The translations under genes were made by a program, and so were the position numbers. Positions 1-41,300 of a DNA stretch of 64,000 bases are shown here, one piece after another. Each line of letters begins with the position of its first letter. The first letter of the stretch is position 1. The notes under the pieces are model-generated. The model saw only the letters and a program-made list of their open reading frames with translations, did no database searches and had not been told where the DNA came from. Location: positions 17,734,001 to 17,798,000 of the forward strand of contig CM075989.1 in the NCBI GenBank assembly GCA_038087875.1, in the 5' to 3' direction. The stretch comes from Malacoraja senta. Lineage: Eukaryota.

Positions 1-3000
1 CTGCTGTTAGAAAGCAGCTTAGGAATGAGAAGCTAATTATCTTTATCCTACTCAAGTAGAGTTCTTCTCTTCATTGCCTCTGATGCATTTTCATCTACTG
101 ATAATGATCAGTGATGCTGGTTCATGAGGCCCATTTCTTACTACTAACATCCTACATAGGGTAAATGTTATGTTGCATGCTATGCAATCTCTCCGCGGTA
201 CATCTGTAATAAGATCGTACAATATCCTACCTAATCATGGAATTGATCCCTCTACCTTGAACAGCTCAGCCCAGGTTCTCTTCAATCACACTGGCACCAA
301 GGCCAAGCAGACAATGAAGAGCATTTTAACCAAAAATTCTTCATAGGATTTCCATCTCCACATCAGTGGTTCTATTGTTAAGAAAGTCATCCAATTTTCA
401 AAAACATCATACAGTGTGGAAACAGGCCTTTCGGCCTACCGAGTCGCCGTTGACCAGCAATCACCCGCACACTAGCTTTATCCTACACACTAAGGGCAAT
501 TTACAGAAGCCAATTAAACCTACAAACCTGCACGTCTTTGGAATGTGGGAAGAAACCAGAGCACCTGGAGAAAACCCACGAGCTCACAGGGAGGACGTGC
601 AAACTCTGTACAGACAGCACCTGTAGTCAGGATCGAACCTAGGTCTCTGGTGCTAAAAGGCAGCAACTCTACCGCTGCACCATTGTGCCAACAAATGCAT
701 AATGTTAGTTCATAACATCTTTTACAAATTAAAAGGGTACGGTTAACATAAGCAGCAAAGAAGACTCTGAATAGGTTTTCCTGCAGTTGTGATTTTCCCA
801 ATATTCCTGTCCAGTAGTAATTCCAATGGACTGTTACCTGGTGACATCTTCCGACTGACAACTGCAGACCTGGTTAACTGCTGACAAGCCCTAATCATGT
901 TATAATGGTCACCTCAAACATTGCAACCCAAGATTAATCCTTTGGATTAAAAAAAAAGAAAATTTCTCCACTCAAGACAAAATTGAATAGGATTATTTTT
1001 TATTTGGAGAATTGTGAAAATTATTCGATGGTTTACAATCCTGCAACCATCACTGACCGTTTAAGTATGTTCATCATTCACAAAATACCATCATATTTTA
1101 CTGAACGGTAGCACTTAAAAACATAAAAGAAATTCAGTGTTAAAATTCAATGATCACTCTGGCAAACCTGTGTCTGAGTCACAATTTTCCTAAGGTACGG
1201 CGATGTACCTTGTGCCTGTGATCTCTCTTATAAACACTAGAACGGAAAGTTTGCTGAAATTATAGTTCTACTTTGCACCTATGACTTCTGAACACAATTT
1301 ATCCCGTTTCAAAGTATAAAGACTAAATTCACGCTAAGCATGAATGCAGATCACTATTGTTAAAGTCCCGTCACATAGATGCTTGCTCTCTACAAAAATC
1401 TTCATTCAAATCAAAAAAATACTGTTTACACACAATATATCACTAATGTGCAATAGACCAGGGCTGGCCATTCAGGTGCACAATGTAGACACTTCTTTCT
1501 GTGCATCTTCATAGATCTCTCAGGATGCTCCGTCAGTGTGTACCGAAGAATTGGATTGAATGCTCCTTGTTTTCAAATACACAGGACGAGATGTTAAAAG
1601 TCCAAAGTGCCAAATATCAATTTACTCCCGATGGTGATGGGAGCCTTCTGCACTCACCTATGCTCCTCCGATGTTGAGAAAGGCTTGGCAGACACGTCAT
1701 TGGGGTTATCAAGTGGGCACCTACTTTCATCGACATTTCGCTGGTTGAACCCACGACGTCTCCAACATAGAGCAAATCAAAGGATGGGATCATGCGGGAA
1801 TGGGTTTGTGAGACAGAAGATTATCTCCGATTATTGTGAATTGTAGAAGTGACTCAAGAGGTCACTTGGTCAGTTCGGCGTCTATTTCTTACACCCTTAA
1901 TAAAAATACGTCCATTTACTTTGTGATACTGTTTGTAGGTAATTTTCAAGAAAATTTTTCACTAATGGTGCAAATTGTCCAAAATTGTATGAAGCAAAGC
2001 CACACAGACAGAGCAGTGACGCCCCTTCAGGAAACATTTCAATTTGGTCTGTTTCTCATAAGTGATGAAGAAATGCCATTGTGACTGCCCTGCCCATCAA
2101 CAGAAGTTGTACTGCCCAAGGCCTAACTGCATTCCCTTCTCCAATGAGAATGGTTAGGATGAATGTTTTTACTCTTTCCACCTCTCCTACCCTAGAACTC
2201 TGCCAAATGGAGACACAAGGAACTGCAGACTCTGGAATCTAGAGCAAAATACAAAGTGCTGGAGGAACATTGTCAGTCAGTATCCATGGAGGGAATGGAT
2301 AAGTCTGAAGCTGGGTCCTGACCCTAAACTTCGCCTACCCATTCCCTCCACAGATGCTGCCTGAGTTTACTTTACATTAGACCTTAGAGATAGTGCAAAA
2401 ACATGAACTGTGCCGACCAGCACTATCCTACACACTAAGGATAATTTTATGATTTTACCAAAGGCAATTAACATACAAACCCATACATCTTTGGTGTCGT
2501 AGGAAACCGGAGCATCTGGAGAAAATCCACGCAGTCACAGGGAGAACGTACAAACTCTGTACAGACAGCATCCGTAGTCAGGATCGAACACAGATCTCTG
2601 GCACTATCAGGCAGCAACTCTACCGCTGCATCACCTAGTTGCCTGCTGGAGTTCCTCCAGTACTTTGTGTTTTGCACAGTTAACCATCATAGTTCTCCAT
2701 GCAAGATTTAACAGCAGTTTCCATTAACCATGAGCTTACCCCCACAACGCTTTTATTCAGAGATTCTGCAAAATGCAATTTCTGTTTAACTGGACACAAG
2801 AAACTACAGATGCTGGAATCTTGCATAGAACACAAAACGCTGGAGTAACTCAGCGGGTTGGGCAGCATCTGTCAAGGAGCGTCGCGATCCAAAACGTCAC
2901 CTATCCATTTCCTCCAGAGGGGCTACCTGGCCTGCTGAGTTACTCCAGCATTTTGAGTTCTCTTTAACTGGGCTTTATTTAGGGATTCAACTGTCAAACT

Positions 3001-5007
3001 CTGCATATCAGTATCAATCCTTGATCCCAAAATGATTTCTCAGTCCAAAGTACAAAAGGGACATAAGGTGGAGGAAAACATCAAAACTGGCAAACCAGAA
3101 GACCACTGATTCTCGCTACTGGACCAGTCTGATCTTAGCTTATTCCCAAAAGCACAGAATTTATACTGACTGTTACCGACACTGATGAGTCTGATGAAGG
3201 GACTCAAACTGAAAACATCATCTATTCCTTTTCTCCAGAGATGCTGCCTGATCCGCTGAGTTACTCCAGCATTTTGTGTCTATCTTCTGACCATTTACAA
3301 AATTGAAACTCATAAAACTGCAGATGCTGTAAATACCCAGTTGTTCAAGCTTCTGCGGTGGCAAGATAAACAGAGCTAATGTTTCAGGTCGAGGTCCATT
3401 TGTTAGGTCTGGGAAGGAGGGCAAAGCCTGTTCAGCTGCAGGCAGTGGGGGCATTCCTCCGATAGGGTAAATTTGGGGTGACCATGGATATAAAGTACAT
3501 TCTGGTTAATGAATGAATGGGAGCAGTTAGAGGAAGAACATCCACAGAAGAATGTAGGAAACACAGAACAGGAAGAGCTGGCCATATCAGGCAGGAATGT
3601 GTTGCATCAAGACCACAGATGGACCACTGATGCAGACTGATAAATTACCTTACCTGAAGTTGTAACGTTTAACATCAAGTCCAGGAGGCTGTACCGTGCC
3701 CAGATGGAAGATGTGGTGCTGTTATGAGCTTGTGTTTGGCCTCACTATGACAGTGCAGGAAGCCACAGGCCAATGGATGAGAGTGGCAGGCAGCAAGAAG
3801 GGCAGGGAGAAGCCTCTACATGTAGAAGCGATTCACCAACAGCTACTCTCCTCATCAACAACAAGTCCGGATTTATGGGTTCAACATGCATTTATTACAA
3901 TTTTCCAAAGGGCATGGGATTATCTCTTTACAGAAATTGGAGGATTCACATACACGTTAACAGTTCATTTACAGCTTGCATCAGATATTTCATGTCCATT
4001 TGACCATTGCAAGGGCGCACCGCCTCTCTGTGCAACAGTAAGAGTGTGGAGTATCTAAGTACAGAGATGTTTAAGGGAAACCGAGATAAGCTTTCAGCAA
4101 AGAGGATGTTGATGGGATTTGATGTGGTAAGAGTGTGGGAGATTTGGCTGGAGCATAAACACAGTCAAAGGCCTTTGTTTGTAAACATAATTCTCTGCAG
4201 CTAAGTATAAGATTGTGTTCCTTAAATATTTTTATTTGACCACAGCTGGTATGAATGCAGCAAGCCTCTCACACTGGCACAGCTTACAATCGTGACAACT
4301 TTACTGGCCAAGCAGCATATTTAGAACGATTTATGAGAAAGCAAGTGGTTCCAACAAGTTAATCAAAGCAGGAGCAGATAGCTAGTTTAAACATCGAGTG
4401 AAACCATTAGCAGCACAAAGAGCGCAGCCAAGAGAAAGTGGCACGAGGTTTCTGAAACAAATGTACCGTGAATGCACAGCCACATAAACTGCAATCTGAC
4501 TCCTAAAATCTGCATAGTCATGCCTACCATAATATCCAGAACCAACAGCAATTGTAGATCAAAGCTGCGTTATGTAACAAAAATAGGACTGATGTAAACA
4601 TCTTATTAACCAATTAAAACAACTTCAATAAATTTGAATTAGATGAATACCACAATTGCTTCTTCCTTTCAAGAGATTTGATCCTCTCATGTTTTATGTG
4701 GGGAATATTTAAACTCACCCCACCATCATGTAGTGTAAAAAGAGCCAAGTCATGGTTGGACCAGTTAGAAGGTTCTATGGAAAGGGTAGGTAGTAAACCC
4801 CAATACCTCGGATAATGTGAAAAAAAAGTGGCGCAAGATTCCTAGACTAAAACAGAATCAGGCAGCAGGCGATCTGGACTGTTCCTTTCAAAGGTTGCAG
4901 AAGTGAAATGTTTACTGCTACCCTCTCCAGAATTGCTGCCTGACAATTGCCTGTTTCCAGCACTTGTTTCGCTTCAGATACTGGACTGCCTTTATAGTGA
5001 AATAACA

Positions 5008-6657
5008 CAGTGCTCTTTATAATGTTTGGGACAAAGATCCATCATTTATTTATTTGCCTCTGTACTCCACAATTTGAGATTTGTAATAGAAAAAAAATCA
5101 CATGTGGTTAAAGTGCACATTGTCAGATTTTAAATAAAGGCCATTTTTATACATTTTGGTTTGAACATGTAGAAATTACAGCAGCGTTTATATATAATGT
5201 CCCTCCCCCCATTTCAGGGCACCATAATGTTTGGGACACATGGCTTCACAGGTGTTTGTAATTGCTCAGGTGTGTTTAATTGCCACCTTAATGCAGGTAT
5301 AAGAGAGCTCTCAGCACCTAGACTTTCCTCCAGTCTTTCCATCACCTTTGGAAACTTTTATTGCTGTTTATCAACATGAGGACCAAAGTTGTGCCAATGA
5401 AAGTCAAAGAAGCCATTATGACTGAGAAACAAGAATAAAACTGTTAGAGACATCAGCCAAACCTTAGGCTTACCAAAATCAACTGTTTGGAACATCACTA
5501 AGAAGAAAGAGAGCACTGGTGAGCTTACTAATCGCAAAGGGACTGGCAGGCCAAGGAAGACCTCCACAGCTGATGACAGAAGAATTCTCTCTATATAAAG
5601 AAAAATCCACAAAACCTGTCCAACAGACCAGAAACACTCTTCAGGAGTCAGGTGTGGATTTGTCAATGACTACTGTCCTCAGAAGATGTCATGAACAGAA
5701 ATACAGAGGCTACACTGCAAGATGCAAACCACTGGTTAGCCGCAAAAATAGGATGGCCTGGTTACAGTTTGCCAAGAATGCTTAAAAGAGCAACCACAGT
5801 TCTGGAAAATGGCCTTGACAGATGCGACGAAGATTAACTTATATCAGAGTGATGGCAAGAGCAAAGTATGGAGGAGAGAAGGAACTGCCCAAGATCCAAA
5901 GCATACCACCTCATCTGTGAAACATGGTGGTGGTGGTGTTATGGCCTGGGCATGCATGGCTGCTGAAGGTACTGGCTCACTTATCTTCATTGATGACACA
6001 ACTGCTGATGGTAGTAGCATGAATTCTAAAGTGTATAGACACATCTTATCTGTTCAAGTTCAAACAAATGCCTCAAAACTCATTGGCCGGCGGTTCATTC
6101 TACAGCAAGACAATGATCCCAAACATACTGCTAAAGCAACAAAGGAGTTTTTCAAAGCTAAAAATTGGTAAATTCTTGAGTTGCCAAGTCAATCACCCGA
6201 TCTGAACCCAATTGAGCATGCCTTTTATATGCTGAAGAGAAAATTGAAGGGGACTAGCCCCCAAAACACACATAAGCTAAAGATGGCTGCAATACAGGCC
6301 TGGCAGAGCATCACCAGAGAAGACACCCAGCAACTGGTCATGTCCATGAATCACAGATTTCAGGCAGTCATTGCATGCAAAGGATATGCAACAAAATACT
6401 AAACATGACTACTTTCATTTACATGACATTGCTGTGTCCCAAACATTATGGTGCCCTGAAATGGGGGTACTATGCATAAACACAGCTGTAATTTCTACAA
6501 GGTGAAACCAAAATGTATAAAAATGGCCTTTATTTAAAACATGACAATGTGCACTTTAACCACATGTGATTTTTTCTATTACAAATCTCAAATTGTGGAG
6601 TACAGAGGCAAATAAATAAATCATGGGTCTTTGTCCCAAACATTATGGAGGGCACTG
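5008..6657 (+). mobile_element. Full-length decayed Tc1/mariner (DD34E, IR/DR type) DNA transposon
   Basis: TIRs of about 230 bp (5008-5240 and 6433-6657) run CAGTG...CACTG, each with inner and outer ATAATGTTTGGGACA repeats. The transposase (5376-6402) has GRPRK, QQDNDPKH and SPDLNPIE motifs with 34 residues between D and E, plus frameshifts and a stop at 6169. Confidence 0.95.
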
Positions 6658-7570
6658 TTAGCCCCTGTACTTTTATACTCTGCTCTCACTTCACAGAATT
6701 AATACAAAGCTCTGCAGATATCCACAGATCTAAACCAGACATGGCATAGAAACCTTTGTACCCAGAAGAGAATAAATAAATCATGTCCAGATGGAGATAT
6801 TTTAAGTAAAAAAAGATACTATTTAAGACATTAATCAAGATATTAATTGTACATAAAGTGCTCAAAAATGTTTTACAATCATCTGCATTTACTCTACACC
6901 ATGGAAACAAGTGTAATTTTATGGTCATTTAACAAATGAACAACCATGCGGGTTGATGCTGTGAAGGTAGAAGGCAACACTGAAGGTCTGGCAGCTGGAA
7001 ATACAGGAGGAAAGCTCTGATAACAAATAGTGTTACAAATAAATTTGTGAATCAAGGAGGAAGCAACATAAAACGTGTGAATTACTGCTACATTATCCAA
7101 GTCTTACCGCACACGCAAGTTCTTCAAAAGGAAGCATCCTTAATGCCCACAACATGCTTGTGGTTTTGTGTGTTCATGGATCTCATTCCATTACATTCTT
7201 AGAACAAAGAGCAGAAGTTACTGTCAGGCACTATCAGTGAGATTATGGGGAGGCGTTATAATTGTGGGGACGCAAGGGAAACGGCGACAAATGTTGCCAT
7301 GGAGGGAGGGAGATGATCAGATGTGGGAGCTCCAGTTGTGAGATTCAGAAACATTAGCAATGACAGAGAGGGATTCAATAGACAATGGAATGCGGCTATT
7401 GCTGTTATTACCGAAACAGCGAGACTGTTGCAAGCAAGAAATGAGGCAACCATCAATAGCTGGAGGAGGGGGGGGGGGGGGGGGGAGTCACTGTTGATGA
7501 GGTAAGGAAAGGTCTGACATCTCCTGCATTCGATTGTTGGCTGAAATTTGTGTCAAGAATAATACATCTT

Positions 7571-36459
<28,889 letters not shown>

Positions 36460-37479
36460 CAACAACCCTCCTAAAAGATAAGGACAGAGAAAGAAGTATA
36501 AAAACACAGAGATACTGCCCCCAAGGTGTGCTACCCCAACAACAACAGCATTACTGTAGAGTGGCGTGCTGTTGAGATTAATACATGCCACTAGATTATT
36601 CCTCACTCCACACATAATGCACAAAATTGAAAGTAATCTGGCGCAGAAACAGTACCACTCGCCTGGTTTTCCTATGAAGTTCCAGCTCTTGCAATTAGAA
36701 CTGTGATGGGTTCCATCATTTGAGGCAATCTCACATTGATTTTTTTGGATTATAAAGGCTGAATAATTGATGGGTTTGGGAGCATAGTACAGCACCGGAA
36801 CAGTCCCTTCAGCTCACAATGTCCATGCCCAACATGATGCCAAGCTAAATTAATCTCATTTGTCTACACATGATCCCTGTCTCCATTCCCTGCATATCCA
36901 TGTACCTGTCTAAATCTTTTTGAACACCATATCCACCCCACACAACAGTGTAAAATAAAACTTGCCCCCCCACATCTTTAAACTTCCCACTTCTCACCAT
37001 ACATCTATGCCCTCTAGTCCTTAACGTTTCCACCCTGCAGTAAAACAAATGTGTAGGAAGGAACTGCAGATGCTGTTTATTCCAAAGATACACACAAAAA
37101 GCTGGAGGAGCTCAGCCAGATCAGGCATCTCTGGAGAAAAGGAGTAGGTGACGTTATGGGTTGAGACCCTTGTTCAGGTTCCGCCTACCTTGTCTATGTC
37201 TCTCCTAAATGTATATACTTGTATCTGACCTCGCTGCAACCTCAAGCATTCCTGAGAAAACACCCCAAGTCTGTACAACCTCTCCTTATAGTTTATACCT
37301 CCAGGCATCATTCAGGCATTTGTGGCTGGCCCCTTTTCTCGCCTCCAAACTCTCCCCCCCCCCCCCTCCTCCCTCCTCCTCCCTATACTTTCAGTCTGAA
37401 GAGAGAAACATCACCCATCCTTTTTCTCTCCAGAGATGCTGCCTGGCCCGCTGAGTGACTGCAGCGTTTTGTGTCTATC

Positions 37480-38350
37480 TTCCCGACGAACCTCCCTCCT
37501 CTGCACCTTTTTCCAAAGCCTCCCCACCCTTCCTGTTAATGGGGAAACCACGATTGCCACACGACACTCAGAATGCGGCCTAAGCAAAGCTGCGGCAACG
37601 ACTCGCTGACCCTTTACACTCAACGCCCCGACCTGTGAGGTCAGACCCCCTCCCCTCATCATGATCCCTGCATAGGGACGGTGCCGGCGCTACACAAATG
37701 CAGGTTTGACGTGCGGGCAGGGAGTGAATGCCGCGCGTCCAGGGAGGGAGGGAGGCTCTGCCCCGGGGTGGGGTGGTAAAAGACAAGGGTCAGGAATGTA
37801 TTGAGCCCGTCGCTGCTGCTCGGTGGCTGAAGCGGGAGAACAAACGCGGCGCCTGCTCCATCCTCACCCGCACTGCGCGCCTCCCTCCCTCCCGCCCTCG
37901 CTCGCTTCCGGGCTCCTCCTGCACTTCCGCTCCCCGACGTCAACAAACGGGGGGCGAGAGGCGCTCCCCGGCCCCGCCCTCCGCCAACAGCGCCGCCCTC
38001 GGCCAGCCGACTCCTCCGCCGCCCGCCCGCCCGCCCGTCATCACTCATCAGCGCCATCTCCGCCGCCCACAGGCTGCGGCTGTTACTGCACGCTTCGGAG
38101 TTCACGCATCAGCGCCACCTCTGGTCAGCCGACTCCTCCGCCACCCACAGGCTGCCGCTATCACTGCAGCCGCCGGAGTTCACTCATCAGCGCCATCTCC
38201 GCCACCCACAGGCTTCGGCTGTTACTGCAGCCGCCCGAGTTCACTCATCAGCGCCACCTCTGGTCAGCCGACTCCTCCGCCCATTAGCCCCTCCCGCAGG
38301 CTCCGGGCTGTTACTGCAGCTGCTGGAGTTCACTCATCAGCACCACCTAA
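37480..38350 (-). promoter_or_regulatory. CpG island and probable DPP8 promoter with a non-coding first exon (donor at 37868/37867)
   Basis: Strongly CpG-rich block directly upstream of DPP8. The - strand shows a donor cgg|GTGAGG, two ETS-type CGGAAG motifs (near 37905 and 37924), a CRE-like TGACGTC (near 37936) and a GC box (near 37973). Confidence 0.75.
38041..38347. repeat. GC-rich minisatellite with alternating short and long units (61/78/61/89 bp)
   Basis: Units starting tcactcatcagcgcca at 38041, 38102, 38180, 38241 and 38330. Confidence 0.9.
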
Positions 38351-41300
38351 TTTAACTCCTGAAACAGCAAGTCCATGCCAACCAAGATGCTCCATCCAAG
38401 GTAGTCTCATTGGCCCGCGTTTGACCCCACATCCCTCTCAACTTTTCCTATCCATGTACCTGTCCAAATGACTTTTGAATGTTGTTATTGTTGTTGTTTT
38501 TTAAATTTAATTTATTCCGATTATGTGGTTTTTTTGTTTTGTTGTGATTCTATGCATTGTAAGGTGTCCTTGGGTTTTAGAAAGGTGCCAGTAAATAAAA
38601 TGATTATTATTATTATTATTATTATTGTACATGCCTCAACTACCAATGTATAGGAAGGAACCGCAGATGCTGGTTTACGCCGAAGAAAAAGGGTCTCGAC
38701 CCAAAATGTCTCTTTTATGACCCAATAGTCCTTTTCTCCGGAGATGTTGCCTGACCTACTGAGTTACTCCAGCACTTTGTGTCCTTTTGGGTAAAGCAGC
38801 ATCTGCAGTTCCCTGTTTCTACAACAGGAGGTACCTAAGCTGCTCCTTCAGCACATTCCATCTTTCAGTGCGATTATGGCTTCATATTAGCATATCAGCA
38901 TTGGATAGAACTTTGCTCCGTTCATAAAACAATGAATCCTCCCAACATCACATTGCAAAAATACAGTTGCCAACTTGGAAAATGAGGCAGGTTTGAACCG
39001 CTGTAGAAACAAAGAACTGCAGTCTGAAGAAGTTGTCCCGATCCGAAACGTCACCTATCCATGTTCTCCAGGGATGCTGCCTGCCCCGCTGAATTACTCC
39101 AGCCCTCTTTTCTTGAGGTTTGACCCCTCGTAAATATGGTGAGCCTGATGTATTAACAACTGGGATTTCTTTGTGTTATCTCTTGTTTCACTCTTTATTG
39201 CTTTAACTGGATGCTAACCCAGTTATCAGATGTTTCTGTGCCTTTATGTGAGGCTGTGATTTGTTTACTGCCCCTTATCTTCCAAAGATCATTCAAATAA
39301 AGTTTCACTTTCTGAACAGCTCACCAGTCATTGTGACGGCAATGGTGCACTCGCTAAATGATGTAATTACTACTGGGTTTATAACCTTGAATTTGGTCTG
39401 GGTGGAATTCCAGGACCTGTCCTCAGGATTTATGTGGATCAGCTGGAAGAGGTAATCACAGATATCTTTAACCAAAAAGACCACTATCATCCCAGTGCCA
39501 AAAAAAATCTAAGGTAGCGTGCCTTCATGACTTACCATCCAGTGGCTCTGACATCCATTATCAAGAAGTTCTTCCAGAGACTGGTGATGGCGCACATTAA
39601 CTCCAATCTCCTCGCTAGCCTTGATACACTGCAGTTCGCTGCCCTCAGTACAGATCCACAGCATGTACCAGCTCCCCCGGTCCTAAACTCATCTCTGGAA
39701 GACCCAGATAACTGGGACCCCTATATTAGACTCCTAATTGTGTATGAAGGAACTGCAGATGCTGGTTTAAATCAAAGATCGACACAAAATGCTGGAGTAA
39801 CTCAGCGGGAAAGGCAGTATCTCCGGAGAGAAGGCATAGGTGACATTTCGGGTTGAGACCCCTTCTTCAGACTGATATCAGGGGAAAGGGGGATACATAG
39901 ATAAGGTAGTGTAGATGTGAAAATAGGACAAAGGGAATGGAGATCAAGGACAATGTAGAACAGATCATTGTTAACTGGGAGAAGGTAATTACAGCACAGA
40001 TGAAATGTATTTGGAAAGATTCTTATTTATCAACTATAGCGCTGCCTTCACAAAAATAGTTTAAAATATCAATGTCCCAATTTGCACACAACACAGAAAA
40101 CCTGACCAAAAGTCAAGCCCGCTGCTACAAGTGGAGAGATGGTAGTTGCTGGAATCTGGAACAAAACCAAACAGCTGGAGGAAGCTGGATCTCTTCCAAC
40201 CACTACAAGTGACTGCAACTATCCCAGCATTTGAAAAGCTTGTCTTTAAGTTAAACATCAAAGGCCCAAATTTGAGATTTTAAATTAAAGTAACTTTCAT
40301 AAGTTTTTAGATTCAATGTGGGATCAAAAAATAGTTTATTTGTGGTTATGTGACAACATTAGCAACAGCACAATAACATGGCTATTTTTGAGGTCCACTT
40401 GATGGTTCGAGTTGCTAATTTTGGATGATAGGCTAGATAGTTTAAATATGCAGTCACAATTTATTTTTAATGCTTGGTGCAAACTAACTTTTGGGACCAA
40501 CAGGGTGACTTGGTTGTAGCAAAGATTGAACAAAGCACAGTCGAAGAAGCAGCAACACTGCAAAATCTCAGCCCAGATACATTGAAACTATCCCCATTCA
40601 AACACACACCTTCAGCTTCTGTCGAGCCCCTGGACAGGAGTACAGCATTTTAGTTTTAGAAATACAGCATGGAAACAGGCCCTTCGTCCCACCCAGTCCA
40701 TTCACACTATCCTACACACACCAGGAACAATTTTAGAATTACAATTATACCAAGCCAATTAACCTACAAACCTGTACGTCTTTGGAGTGTGGGAGAAAGC
40801 CGGAGCACCCGGAGAAAACCCAAGCAGGTCATGGGGAGAACATACAAACTCCTGACAGACAAGCACCCATAGTCAGGATCGATCCTGGGTTTCTGGCGCT
40901 GTAAGATAGCAACCATACCGCTGTGCCACCATGCTGTTGATCAAACATATCTCAGCATGGCTGATTGAGCTCAATAAATAGACTCCCCATCTTAGACAAT
41001 AACAGCATTGAAATAGGATATGTATTTATTTACAAATCTGATTGCCTTGGACACTTGCCCAACTATTTGAAGAAGCACAGCAAGATACTGTTTGGGATAG
41101 ATAAAGAATTTGAATTATAAGGTATGCAAATAGTCATCCATAAAGGCTGCTTACAAAGTTACATAGTGTCCGCGCCAGATCCCACTTTGTTCTCCCCCTG
41201 CTCTCAGCGTTCCCCCGACGCTGGGTCCACCATTGTCCATTGTTCTTCCCCGTCCCTCAGGGCGGTCCCCCTTTATTCCTTCCCCCGGCAGCGGCGTCCT

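Noticed and set aside
700..4980. Possible additional gene or exons left of the Tc1 element
   Set aside because: No recognisable protein or convincing exon; it may be extended UTR or intergenic sequence, which I cannot determine.
38041..38347. CRISPR-like repeat-spacer appearance
   Set aside because: The sequence between the repeated heads is itself repeated, no cas genes are present, and the genome is vertebrate.
37659..38471. Long overlapping ORFs (247, 154 and 148 aa) on both strands
   Set aside because: Low-complexity Pro/Ala/Arg translations of a CpG island and minisatellite; unit lengths are mostly not multiples of 3 and there is no recognisable domain.
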